Below, in pieces: positions 28,222-37,008 of a stretch of DNA of 64,000 nt. Under the pieces are notes generated by a model. The model was not told the DNA's origin. It saw nothing but the letters and a program-made list of their open reading frames with translations, and ran no database searches. The DNA lies in NCBI GenBank assembly GCA_016199085.1, contig JACQHJ010000001.1:3334-67333 (forward strand). Direction: 5' to 3'. Source of the DNA: Candidatus Levyibacteriota bacterium (GTDB lineage: Bacteria > Patescibacteriota > Microgenomatia > Levybacterales > UBA12049). A program made the position numbers and the translations under genes. How positions within the stretch are numbered: position 1 is the stretch's first letter; each line of letters begins with the position of its first letter.

Positions 28222-29754
28222 ATGTTTCCAATGTCTTTTTTAAAACCCCTAGATGATATTTTAAACAAAATCACAATGTACAGGTTGGTTTTGTATTACC
28301 TTATTTTCCTATGGCTAGCTGCATTTAACTTAAGTTTTTTTGGCTTTTTCCCATTTGGCTTTATAGAATTATTAATTTCCTCGGCAATAATAATTTCAGT
28401 AAGTTTTTTGACAAATAAATTACTTGCAAGAATTTTTAATACATTTACAAATCTTGAATCAGTTTATATTTCCGCTTTCATACTTATCTTGATAATAACT
28501 CCGGCAAGGAGTATAAACGAATACATTTTTATAATTCTGGCATCTTTCTTTGCAATGGCTTCAAAGTATATTTTAAGTTTCAATAAAAAACATGTTTTTA
28601 ATCCAGTGGCAATTTCTGTTTTGATAATGCTTTTATTTACCATAGGAGGGGCGAGTTGGTGGGTTGGTACTACAGTCATGTTGCTTCCGGTACTGTTTGG
28701 ACTGTTAGTTATTAGAAAGATTCAAAGAGCTAGTCTGGTTTTAACTTTTTTAATTACATCTCTTTCAGCCATGGAATTTTTTAGTGTGATTAGTGGATTT
28801 GATGCTTTGTTAATTTTACAAAACACACTTTTAGAATCCCCGCTTTTGTTTTTTGCATTTGTTATGTTAACAGAACCTTCAACTACACCTCCTAGGCAAA
28901 TCTTGCAGATTTATTACGGAGCAATTGTTGGAATACTATTCTATCCCCAAATTCACATCTCAAGCTTCTATTTTACCCCCGAAGCAGCGCTTGTTGCAGG
29001 AAACATATTTTCATATTTGGTAAGTCCTAAGGAGAAACTAACGCTTTCTTTAAAAGAAAAAATAAAATTATCCAAAGATACTTATGATTTTGTTTTTAAC
29101 CTTAACAAAAAATTTTCTTTTACTCCCGGTCAATATTTGGAATGGACTTTGGGATTTAAAAATCCTGACAGTAGAGGCAACAGAAGGTATTTTACAATCG
29201 CATCATCTCCAACAGAAGAAAATTTACGAATAGGAATTAAATTCTATCCTAATTCAAGCAGTTTTAAGAAAAATCTTTTCTCCTTAAAACCTGGAGATAA
29301 AATTATGGCAGGAAGTCTTTCCGGGGATTTTGTCTTGCCAGATGATGCAAACAAAAAACTCGTTTTTATTCTAGGAGGGATCGGAATAACTCCTTTTAGA
29401 AGCATAGTTAGGTATTTGTTGGATAAAAACATGAAGATTCCGGCTGTGGTTTTTTATTCCAATAAAGAAAAGTCAGATATCGTCTATAAAGATTTGTTAG
29501 ATCAAGCAGAGCAAAAACTTGGTATTAAGATAATCTATAATTTAACCGATTTGGAAAGTATTCCAAAAGATTGGAAGGGTGAAAAAGGAAGATTAGACGA
29601 GAATATGCTAAAAAAATACGTTTCTGATTATAAAGAAAGGATTTTCTATCTTTCGGGACCACATTCGATGGTTATGGGTTTTGAGGAAGTACTTGGGAAA
29701 ATGGGAATAAGTAAAACAAATATTAAAAAAGACTTTTTCCCTGGGTACGTATAG
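28222..29754 (+). CDS. membrane protein fused to FNR-like FAD/NAD(P)-binding oxidoreductase domain
   Basis: N-terminal region with about 7 TM helices. C-terminal RRYFTIASSP (an RxYS-type FAD site) and GGIGITPFRSI (an NAD-binding motif). Confidence 0.65.
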   Translation: MFPMSFLKPLDDILNKITMYRLVLYYLIFLWLAAFNLSFFGFFPFGFIELLISSAIIISVSFLTNKLLARIFNTFTNLESVYISAFILILIITPARSINEYIFIILASFFAMASKYILSFNKKHVFNPVAISVLIMLLFTIGGASWWVGTTVMLLPVLFGLLVIRKIQRASLVLTFLITSLSAMEFFSVISGFDALLILQNTLLESPLLFFAFVMLTEPSTTPPRQILQIYYGAIVGILFYPQIHISSFYFTPEAALVAGNIFSYLVSPKEKLTLSLKEKIKLSKDTYDFVFNLNKKFSFTPGQYLEWTLGFKNPDSRGNRRYFTIASSPTEENLRIGIKFYPNSSSFKKNLFSLKPGDKIMAGSLSGDFVLPDDANKKLVFILGGIGITPFRSIVRYLLDKNMKIPAVVFYSNKEKSDIVYKDLLDQAEQKLGIKIIYNLTDLESIPKDWKGEKGRLDENMLKKYVSDYKERIFYLSGPHSMVMGFEEVLGKMGISKTNIKKDFFPGYV

Positions 29755-31266
29755 TTATCCTAAACTTCTTCTAAAGACTGCTGCTTTTTCAATAAGTTTT
29801 CCAATTTGTTTTTTATTTTTAATGCCTTTGTAGATTCTTTCTGAAAGTGCTTGGTGAAGCTTTTCTTCTTTAGAAATAGGAAGAAGGCTTACTCCAAGAT
29901 AATCTTCAATTGCTTTTACGTCTTCTGCAATATCTTTTCCATACTTGGTATTTTTAGATAATTCTTCTAAAACTCTTTTGTTTAAAAACCCGCCCGCTTT
30001 TAAAAGGTCTGATTTTATATTTATGTAATATTTTTCAAGCAATTTAAGTTGTTTTTTATTTAGACTATTTAATCCTCTTCCTGTTCCAAGTAATTCGGGG
30101 GGAATTCCTATTGAATATAAGGAACCTGTTAGGGGAATTGCACGTGGCAATTTTATTTTCCCAACCCCCCTTGAATAACCAAATAATCCAGTGTGTTGGA
30201 CACGCTCTCTTCGTTTTGGGATATGCAAAGATATTTGATTAATTAATACTGACAGTTGTTCGATTGTATCTTTGTAATGTTTTTCAAAGATCTCAATTAT
30301 TCTAAGTAATTCTTTTTCCTCAGTTTTGGAAATTAGAACAGCTTGTTGTGTGGGAAGTATTTCTTCCAACTCTTTAATTGCTTTTATAACCTCTCTTTTA
30401 TCAAAGTCATATCTAAAAGCGCTTTGTATAGTGGTCGTTCTTACTCCTTTATATTCATTGGCAAATTGCCTGACAGTTCTTGGACTAATTCCACCCCTAA
30501 AAGGAAGAGCTGCGGCTCCAATTATGGGAAATAACGGAATCTTTAGTTTTTTCTCCAATAATCTAAATCTAGAAAGTGCGATTTTAATAGCCAAAACCGT
30601 AGGAACTATCCCTGAGTTAAGCGCAGGATCTGATCTTGCAAGATAAGGTCTTAAATATGGGGGAGTTTTCTTAAACCTTTTCTTGTACATTAATAAATAT
30701 TTTTTCAAAATATCGCTTGATTTAATAATCACTTCTGTTTGTTCAAATAATGGAATAACTCTTAAATTAGTCAGGATTTTATCCAATTTGTATAAAGAGT
30801 GTTTTAGGAAATGTACTTGTTGATAGGCTTTTTGAATTTCCAATATTTCTTCTGCTGTCTCAGTCATTGGTAAAATGACCTCAAAAATAGGAGGCGTTGG
30901 TAAGTTAAAATGTTTTGCAATTGATGCGGCTGATGCAAGGTTGATAAAAGCCCGTCCTACTCTAAATTCCGTTTCAACTTTGGGATTGGGAAGCCTGAAA
31001 GTTAAGAATTTTTCTTGTCCTAGGGGATTTTTTTTAAAATAATTGAAATGTTCTCCAAATAATCTTTCCAAGACTGATTCATCAACCAATTTACCCTCCC
31101 AGTCCCATTTATACTCTGTTGCACCCAGTTCAGAAAAAGAAAGATATGCTTCGTGTGCTTCGAACTGGCTTTGGATAAATTTTTCGTTATGCCAGTAGGG
31201 TTTACCCGCATGGTCTGGATGCTGGGTGACCATTGTGGCAGGAATTTTTCTCGTTATTTTTACCAT
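29755..31266 (-). CDS. pepcA: archaeal-type phosphoenolpyruvate carboxylase
   Basis: N-terminal IPATMVTQHPDHAG matches the PepcA signature (IPR..MSTQHPDN). The roughly 500-aa length fits the atypical archaeal-type PEPC rather than the about 900-aa bacterial Ppc. Confidence 0.75.
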   Translation of the reverse strand: MVKITRKIPATMVTQHPDHAGKPYWHNEKFIQSQFEAHEAYLSFSELGATEYKWDWEGKLVDESVLERLFGEHFNYFKKNPLGQEKFLTFRLPNPKVETEFRVGRAFINLASAASIAKHFNLPTPPIFEVILPMTETAEEILEIQKAYQQVHFLKHSLYKLDKILTNLRVIPLFEQTEVIIKSSDILKKYLLMYKKRFKKTPPYLRPYLARSDPALNSGIVPTVLAIKIALSRFRLLEKKLKIPLFPIIGAAALPFRGGISPRTVRQFANEYKGVRTTTIQSAFRYDFDKREVIKAIKELEEILPTQQAVLISKTEEKELLRIIEIFEKHYKDTIEQLSVLINQISLHIPKRRERVQHTGLFGYSRGVGKIKLPRAIPLTGSLYSIGIPPELLGTGRGLNSLNKKQLKLLEKYYINIKSDLLKAGGFLNKRVLEELSKNTKYGKDIAEDVKAIEDYLGVSLLPISKEEKLHQALSERIYKGIKNKKQIGKLIEKAAVFRRSLG

Positions 31267-31358
31267 ATTCAAATTTACCACCGCTAATAATAGCACAGCA
31301 GATGGTATTTGTCAGCGATATTACAAATATTTTTTGCAAAATTTGCTATGCTTTATTT

Positions 31359-31586
31359 ATGAAGAAAAGATGGTTTAAGGAAGTAGGATTAATTTATGTT
31401 CCAATAAATTGGAAGGGGTTTTTAATAACAGGATTTATTGCGATATTTTGTATAAACGTTTTTTTAGTGATTGATGCCAATTCTCATTCAGCGAGTGATA
31501 CTTTGTATGGTGTTTTTCCGTATGTGATACCAGCTCTAATAATCTTATATTTAATTGCAGTTAAGACATCAAAGCCTCGTAAGTAA
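31359..31586 (+). CDS. small two-TM membrane protein
   Basis: An internal ATG of ORF 31233..31586 gives MKKRWFKEVGLIYVPINWKGFLITGFIAIF..., avoiding overlap with the pepcA start. Confidence 0.35.
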   Translation: MKKRWFKEVGLIYVPINWKGFLITGFIAIFCINVFLVIDANSHSASDTLYGVFPYVIPALIILYLIAVKTSKPRK

Positions 31587-31589
31587 ATA

Positions 31590-32159
31590 TTAATTTTTAT
31601 ATTCCTCTTTAACTTTATCTGAATATTTCTCTAAAAGCTTTTTAAGCTTTGGATCTATGACAAACCTGCAATATGGATAATCTTTATTCCTGTCATAGTA
31701 ATTCTTGTGATAGTTTTCTGCTTCGTAAAATTCTTTAAACGGAGTAATTTCGGTAACAATAGGGTTTTTATAAACTCCTTCTTTTTCTAAATCTTTTTTT
31801 GATTTGACAGCTTGTTCTTTCTGAATATCGTCATGGTAAAAAATTGCAGATCTGTATTGGGTACCCATATCATTGCCCTGTTGGTTTAAAGTTGTTGGAT
31901 CGTGTGTATGCCAAAAAATATCAAGTATGGTTTCAAAAGATATTATCGATGGATCAAATTCTATTTGTATCGCCTCGGCATGACCTGTTTCTCCGCTACA
32001 GACCTGATCATAACTTGGATTTTCTACTGTTCCACCGCTATAGCCTGGTTTTACAGATAGAACACCTTTAAGTCTTTTAAAGACCGCTTCTGTACACCAA
32101 AAACACCCATTGGCAAGCGTTGCTACTTCTTTACTTATCATATTTTTTCGTAAACTCAT
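31590..32159 (-). CDS. msrA: peptide methionine sulfoxide reductase A
   Basis: [10 protein letters not shown] active-site motif. Typical MsrA length. The true start may be Met7 at 32141, which overlaps the upstream gene end by 11 nt. Confidence 0.9.
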   Translation of the reverse strand: MSLRKNMISKEVATLANGCFWCTEAVFKRLKGVLSVKPGYSGGTVENPSYDQVCSGETGHAEAIQIEFDPSIISFETILDIFWHTHDPTTLNQQGNDMGTQYRSAIFYHDDIQKEQAVKSKKDLEKEGVYKNPIVTEITPFKEFYEAENYHKNYYDRNKDYPYCRFVIDPKLKKLLEKYSDKVKEEYKN

Positions 32160-32517
32160 CAGCTTCTTTTTCCTGTTTTTTTACTTCCTCTTTGGTTTGT
32201 CTTTCCAAAACAGAGTTTCTGTGTCCTAAAATCACGTGTCCAATTTCGTGAATAATAGTATATCGTATTTGATCTCTATTTTGAAACAAAAGCTCATCTG
32301 ATAGAAAGATAAGATGTTGATCTTTTAAATCATTTCCGGTAAAGGTAAAAGCCCATGCGTCCTCCATTGAGGCAAAAAACCAGCACGTTGAAGTAACAGT
32401 GTCAATGATATTTTGCGGAAAAGATAGAAGTGTTTCGCAAACAAATATTTTCATTTGCTTATTGCCTATCAGTTTTCCGTCAAAAGCTTGATAAATTTCT
32501 TTTAGGTCGTGTCTCAT
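32131..32517 (-). CDS. putative small Zn-metallopeptidase (HEXXH: [11 protein letters not shown])
   Basis: HEIGH motif near the C-terminus in a 128-aa protein, co-transcribed with msrA. A Cys-containing N-terminal region. Confidence 0.5.
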   Translation of the reverse strand: MRHDLKEIYQAFDGKLIGNKQMKIFVCETLLSFPQNIIDTVTSTCWFFASMEDAWAFTFTGNDLKDQHLIFLSDELLFQNRDQIRYTIIHEIGHVILGHRNSVLERQTKEEVKKQEKEADEFTKKYDK

Positions 32518-32582
32518 ATAAAGATTTTAACAAAAAACCTCTAACACTTGCTTTTTAATTGAAATCAAGATAATCTAGGAGC

Positions 32583-32927
32583 ATGGTTTACCTTCTTGTC
32601 AACTGGATAGTAAGCGCGATGGTTATTTTTAGCGTCGCTTACGTTCTTCCGGGTGCAGAAGTATTTGATTTTACTTCAGCCTTAGTTGTTGCTCTGGTTT
32701 TGGGAATAATAAATGCGCTACTTAAGCCAGTTTTAATAATACTTACTCTTCCGATAACAATTTTAACTCTTGGGCTCTTTACGTTTGTTTTAAATGCGCT
32801 TTTGATTCTTCTGGTAAGTAATATTGTTCCAGGATTTAGCGTAGACGGATTTTTAGCAGCACTAATCTTTGGTATAGCTTTATCCATAGTCAACACCTTT
32901 TTAAATAACTTTTTGCCCGGTAAATAG
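32583..32927 (+). CDS. DUF360/phage-holin-4-like 4-TM membrane protein
   Basis: 114 aa with four TM helices. VAYVLPGAEVFDFTSALVVALVLGIINALLKP is typical of the YvlD/holin-family-IV proteins. Confidence 0.65.
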   Translation: MVYLLVNWIVSAMVIFSVAYVLPGAEVFDFTSALVVALVLGIINALLKPVLIILTLPITILTLGLFTFVLNALLILLVSNIVPGFSVDGFLAALIFGIALSIVNTFLNNFLPGK

Positions 32928-32928
32928 T

Positions 32929-33507
32929 ATGTCTAAGAATTTAATTCCATTAATAATCGTTGCAGCTGTTATAATTATCGGAGCATTAGGAGTATATTTA
33001 GTCATGAACCAATCAAGTACAAATACAGATACCAATACCAACGTTAATTCTTTACAGAAAGCAGCTGGAAATACAAACCCTGCTTCTCCGACTCAAACCG
33101 GATCTCCGACTCCGGTTCCTACAATAGTTAGCTCTCAAACACTACCCGATGGTTTAAAAATCGATGATTATGCAATTGGAGACGGAGCTGAAGTAAAAAC
33201 AGGAGACACGATAGTTATGCACTATACTGGGACTTTTGAAAACGGGCAGAAATTTGATAGCTCTGTTGATAGAAATCAGCCGTTTGAAACAAAAATCGGA
33301 GCAGGCCAGGTTATTAAAGGATGGGATGAGGGAGTAATTGGAATGAAGGTAGGGGGCAAAAGAAGACTTACTGTTCCTGGCTCTTTAGCTTACGGAGAGC
33401 AGGGAATACCGGCACAAGATCAACAAGGTAAGGCAATTCCCGGACAGTATGCGATTCCTCCAAATGCAACGCTGATTTTTGAACTAGAATTATTACAGAT
33501 TAAATAA
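32929..33507 (+). CDS. secreted FKBP-type peptidyl-prolyl cis-trans isomerase
   Basis: Signal anchor, a Thr/Pro linker, then an FKBP domain (IVMHYTGTFENGQKFDSS...IKGWDEGVIGMKVGGKRRLTVPGSLAYG). Confidence 0.9.
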   Translation: MSKNLIPLIIVAAVIIIGALGVYLVMNQSSTNTDTNTNVNSLQKAAGNTNPASPTQTGSPTPVPTIVSSQTLPDGLKIDDYAIGDGAEVKTGDTIVMHYTGTFENGQKFDSSVDRNQPFETKIGAGQVIKGWDEGVIGMKVGGKRRLTVPGSLAYGEQGIPAQDQQGKAIPGQYAIPPNATLIFELELLQIK

Positions 33508-34495
33508 TCTGGGGTTTTAAATTTCCTACCAAACTTAATTTATCTTCAAGCTCCTCTTTGGTTAATAATCCTTGTTGAGCTCCTATTTTTTGGATAACGC
33601 TTGCAGAATTAACAGTTCCCCAAAGCATTGCCTCAGTCAAAGATTTTCCGTTTAAAATTGCCGTAATAAAGCCCGCATTGTACCCATCTCCCGCTCCTGT
33701 TTTTTCAACTACGTCTACTTTTAAAATATCTAAAAAGTGCGCTATATTATTTTGATCAAATGCAAACGATCCATTGCTGGAGTCGGTGATAATCACATTT
33801 TTTGCCCCAAGACTTTTTAAGCCAAATAATAATTTTTTAATATCGGTCTGGTCGTTACCCAAGTGCTTATCCGTTCCGAAAAGGATTTTTAATGCTTCCT
33901 GTTTATTAACAAATAAATAATCAGACATCTCGATTATTTCCATAACTAATCTTGATTTCTCATCAAGCTGCAGGGTCCCAGGATTAAAGAAAAGTTTTGA
34001 GCCGGTCTTTTTAACAAAATCCAAAGTTTTCTCGTATGCATTATGCCACTGTTTGCCAAGACTTGATAAATAGACAAATCTTGCAGAAGAGTTATCAAAT
34101 TCAAATAAATGTTGTCTTTCAACGTGTTCAACCAGAAGAGTCCTTTCGCCTTTAAAACTAAGACAGACTGAAAAAGAAGTGGATTTGTCTTTATCTTGTC
34201 TAACGAAAGCCGTATTGATATTTTCTTTTGCCAGCCTTGTCAAAATAAAGCTTGAAAACTCATCTCCGCCAATTTCTGCACAAAGACCGACCTTCTTACC
34301 AAGCCTTGAAACACCAACTGCCGTATTGCATGCATTTCCGCCAATATCTTTTAAATAGTTTTCTACATGTATTTTGTAACCGTAATCTATTAACAACTTT
34401 GACTTATCTTGATTTAAATCAAAGTGGGGATCGTCTTCGGGAATTTTTAAGAAGATATCTAATACCGCATCACCAATACAGAGAAGATCAAGCAT
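33500..34495 (-). CDS. PfkB-family carbohydrate kinase (ribokinase-like)
   Basis: GGNACNTAVGVSRLG, and a C-terminal VVEKTGAGDGYNAGF matching the GAGD anion-hole motif. Confidence 0.85.
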   Translation of the reverse strand: MLDLLCIGDAVLDIFLKIPEDDPHFDLNQDKSKLLIDYGYKIHVENYLKDIGGNACNTAVGVSRLGKKVGLCAEIGGDEFSSFILTRLAKENINTAFVRQDKDKSTSFSVCLSFKGERTLLVEHVERQHLFEFDNSSARFVYLSSLGKQWHNAYEKTLDFVKKTGSKLFFNPGTLQLDEKSRLVMEIIEMSDYLFVNKQEALKILFGTDKHLGNDQTDIKKLLFGLKSLGAKNVIITDSSNGSFAFDQNNIAHFLDILKVDVVEKTGAGDGYNAGFITAILNGKSLTEAMLWGTVNSASVIQKIGAQQGLLTKEELEDKLSLVGNLKPQII

Positions 34496-34541
34496 AACTA
34501 TATGTTAACTTAAATTATAGGCTCTGTACAGTAACCTTAAA

Positions 34542-34569
34542 TTGACTTCAACCTATAGTATGGTATAAT
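34542..34569 (+). promoter_or_regulatory. near-consensus sigma70 promoter TTGACT-N16-TGgTATAAT
   Basis: Read directly from the sequence. The -10 element ends 6 nt before position 34576. Confidence 0.6.
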
Positions 34570-34575
34570 CAGCCC

Positions 34576-35013
34576 ATGAGTCTAGATGAACGCCTAAGAA
34601 GAGTGGGAAAGGGTAGTCATCTTCGCGGCAGTATTACAGATGTAAGTCTATATGGTCCCCCAAGACAAGGAAGGAGACACGAGGGGGAAGCTGCTTCCGT
34701 TTCGCTTTTTGACCAGCAACCAAATCTACCCACTGAAGCTTCCCAGTCAGACGAACTCTATTTTCGTGCCGGAACGCCCTTTGCTAAATCTGTGCCTAAA
34801 ACACAACGTGAATTTGACGCATTGCCCTGGTGGTTCTTACCCTTTGGTCATACAGTAAGCCCAGGTAGGCTGGAACCAGACGAAAAGGTAACAACAAAAA
34901 TGGGTAATTTTGTTAAGATACACATACACGATATGGGAGATATTAGTAATGGATGGATAAATGTAGATAGTGGTGTACCAATTCCTCCTTTAAAAGGCCC
35001 CTTACTTAAATAA
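34576..35013 (+). other. GC-enriched 440-nt segment behind a strong promoter: candidate structured ncRNA or atypical (foreign) leaderless ORF of 145 aa
   Basis: Local GC is clearly above the window average. Overlapping ORFs are open in three frames. The encoded protein is G/P/R/E-rich, unlike the K/I/N-rich local proteome. Nested complementary segments are present (CCUGG..CUUAC..GUAAG..CCAGG; CCCCC..GGGGG). Confidence 0.4.
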
Positions 35014-35030
35014 GAAACTTTTATCAGCAC

Positions 35031-35059
35031 TTGACGTTATATAACATAATCTTTAAAAT
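35031..35059 (+). promoter_or_regulatory. promoter TTGACG-N17-TAAAAT for the LUD-domain gene (leaderless)
   Basis: Read directly from the sequence. The ATG at 35066 lies 6 nt after the -10 element. Confidence 0.5.
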
Positions 35060-35065
35060 TTCCTT

Positions 35066-35680
35066 ATGGATAAATGGTCAAAACCTGCTGATAGAAAGTC
35101 AATTCGGAAGGCAATGGATGCGTTAAGGAAAAATAAATTTAATGTGTTCTTGGTCGAAACGCCAGAAGATGCTAAAAAGAAATTCTTTGAGATAGTGCCA
35201 GAAGGCGCATCCATAATCAATAGTTCCTCAAAAACCCTTGACTCAATTGGAATAGCAAAAGAAATAAACGAATCAGGTAAATACGACAGTGTTAAAAATA
35301 AACTTAACTCAATGGATAGAAAAACACAGCATAGGCAAATGCAGCAATTAGGAAGTGCTCCCGAGTGGGCAGTAGGAAGCGTTCATGCTATTACTAAAGA
35401 CGGGCATGTTTTAATTGCTTCAAGGTCGGGAAGCCAGATCCCAGGATACGCATATGGCGCAGATCATGTAATCTGGGTAGCAGGAATACAAAAGATAGTT
35501 GAAAATATAAATGAGGGGATTAAGAGAATCTTTGAGTACTGTCTTGTCTTAGAAAGCAAAAGAGTACAGAAAGCTTATGGAATGGAAAAAAGCACGGTTT
35601 CAAAAATATTAATCTTTAATGAAGAAATAAATCCTGACAGAACGACAATTATTTTAATAAACCAGGCAATAGGCTTTTGA
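35066..35680 (+). CDS. LUD-domain protein (lactate-utilisation LutB/C-like, DUF162)
   Basis: 204 aa. VFLVETPEDAKKKFFEIVPEGASIINSSSKTL...GADHVIWVAGIQKIV matches the LUD fold pattern. Confidence 0.6.
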   Translation: MDKWSKPADRKSIRKAMDALRKNKFNVFLVETPEDAKKKFFEIVPEGASIINSSSKTLDSIGIAKEINESGKYDSVKNKLNSMDRKTQHRQMQQLGSAPEWAVGSVHAITKDGHVLIASRSGSQIPGYAYGADHVIWVAGIQKIVENINEGIKRIFEYCLVLESKRVQKAYGMEKSTVSKILIFNEEINPDRTTIILINQAIGF

Positions 35681-35720
35681 TGACTTTGACATTAGACCAG
35701 TTAACTATTATCATTTAATA

Positions 35721-36206
35721 ATGAAAATCATAAATTTATTTTTAGATAAACTTCTTTTAGAAAACATTGTCCTTGCTCACTGTGACATTCCTTGTGGTAT
35801 TTATGATCCACATAACGCTCAAATTGGAGCCCACACCGTAATTAGAATGACCCAGATGCTACAAGATCTAAAACGAGAAGATGAAGTAAAAGCAGAGCAT
35901 GATATAGCAAGACTTACCCATGTAAAAGAAGAACACGGGCATTTGGTCGAAGACGAACTGGGAACTTTAGAAAATGATTATTTTAAACCCGAACATTTCC
36001 AAGCACACCCTAACCTTAAAGACCTACTGGAAAAGGCAGTTAAACTTTCAATTAAGGTAAGACAAAACATTGATATGGAATCTGCCAAAGAACTTTTAGA
36101 AACGGTTCTACTTATCTCAGAAATATTCTATAAGACAAAAAATGTTACCCCAGTTAGAGTAAAAAGTGTCTATCCAACTGAGGGTGAAATCGTTACCTAC
36201 AAATAA
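35721..36206 (+). CDS. sodN: nickel superoxide dismutase precursor
   Basis: After a 19-aa propeptide the sequence reads HCDIPCGIYDP, which is the Ni-hook motif (HCxxPCGxY). Length is 161 aa. Confidence 0.85.
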   Translation: MKIINLFLDKLLLENIVLAHCDIPCGIYDPHNAQIGAHTVIRMTQMLQDLKREDEVKAEHDIARLTHVKEEHGHLVEDELGTLENDYFKPEHFQAHPNLKDLLEKAVKLSIKVRQNIDMESAKELLETVLLISEIFYKTKNVTPVRVKSVYPTEGEIVTYK

Positions 36207-36496
36207 TGCTTCTTTTGGCAAAATACAAAATCACAGGACACAGTATGGAACCTCTTTTAAAAAACGGAGATAAAATTATCGCAACTGGCCTTTTTTATTT
36301 ATTTCAATCACCTAAGATTAATGATATAGTTGTTTTTAAAGATAGCAAAGGCAAAGTATTTATTAAAAGGATAGAGAAGATTAATAAAGGAAAATACTTT
36401 ATGTTAGGAGAAAACAAAAAAGACAGCTTTGACAGTAGAAAATTTGGGGAAATAGTAAGAAATCAAATACTTGGAAAATTTATTTATAAAATATAA
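36206..36496 (+). CDS. sodX: NiSOD maturation peptidase (signal-peptidase-I/S26-like)
   Basis: ITGHSMEPLLKNGD (the S26 catalytic-Ser box) and a C-terminal GENKKDSFDSRKFG. It is translationally coupled to sodN, with the stop and start adjacent. Confidence 0.75.
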   Translation: MLLLAKYKITGHSMEPLLKNGDKIIATGLFYLFQSPKINDIVVFKDSKGKVFIKRIEKINKGKYFMLGENKKDSFDSRKFGEIVRNQILGKFIYKI

Positions 36497-37008
36497 TGCT
36501 ATTATCAGTTCTTTTGCTTTCAGTTATTGCATTTTTACTTATTCTTCTTTCTATGGTTTGGCCGCCTGATAGTCCTTGGGCTCCGTGGTGGAGAACAAAT
36601 ACAAAAACAGCAAAAGCGATTTGTAAGTTAGCTGATATTAACAATAAAGATATAGTTTATGATTTAGGTTGTGGAGATGGTGAAGTATTGATTCAATCTG
36701 CAAGAAGAGGTGCAAAAGGCGTTGGAATAGAGATTGATCCCTTAAGAGTAATAATCGCAAGGATAAGAGTATTTATTAACGGATTTGATGAGAAAATTGT
36801 TATAAAAAGAAATAATTTCTTTAATGAAAAATATAAAGATGCTACGGTTATTATTGTTTATTTAATTCCAAAGACATTAGACAAACTTTTGCCAAGGTTT
36901 AGGAAGCAATTAAAAAAAGGAACGAGAATCGTAAGTTACCGCTATGAAATGAAAATGCCTTTAAAAAAGGAAGATAAAGAAAACCACATAAGGCTTTATG
37001 TCATTTAA
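36496..37008 (+). CDS. class I SAM-dependent methyltransferase (membrane-anchored)
   Basis: Motif I reads VYDLGCGDGEVLIQSA. N-terminal TM. Confidence 0.75.
   Translation: MLLSVLLLSVIAFLLILLSMVWPPDSPWAPWWRTNTKTAKAICKLADINNKDIVYDLGCGDGEVLIQSARRGAKGVGIEIDPLRVIIARIRVFINGFDEKIVIKRNNFFNEKYKDATVIIVYLIPKTLDKLLPRFRKQLKKGTRIVSYRYEMKMPLKKEDKENHIRLYVI

Noticed and set aside
31233-31358. 5' extension of ORF 31233-31586 overlapping the pepcA start on the opposite strand
   Set aside because: The extension has no hydrophobic or signal character and overlaps pepcA. The internal ATG at 31359 gives a cleaner two-TM protein.
34576-35013. Assignment of the GC-rich element as RNase P RNA, tmRNA or SRP RNA
   Set aside because: The conserved cores were looked for and not found. 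These were GGAAAGUCCGG and ACAGAAcCCGGCUUA for RNase P, the tRNA-like 3' end and ALAA tag for tmRNA, and GGUCCGGAAGGAAGCAGC for SRP. The element is therefore left as an unclassified candidate.
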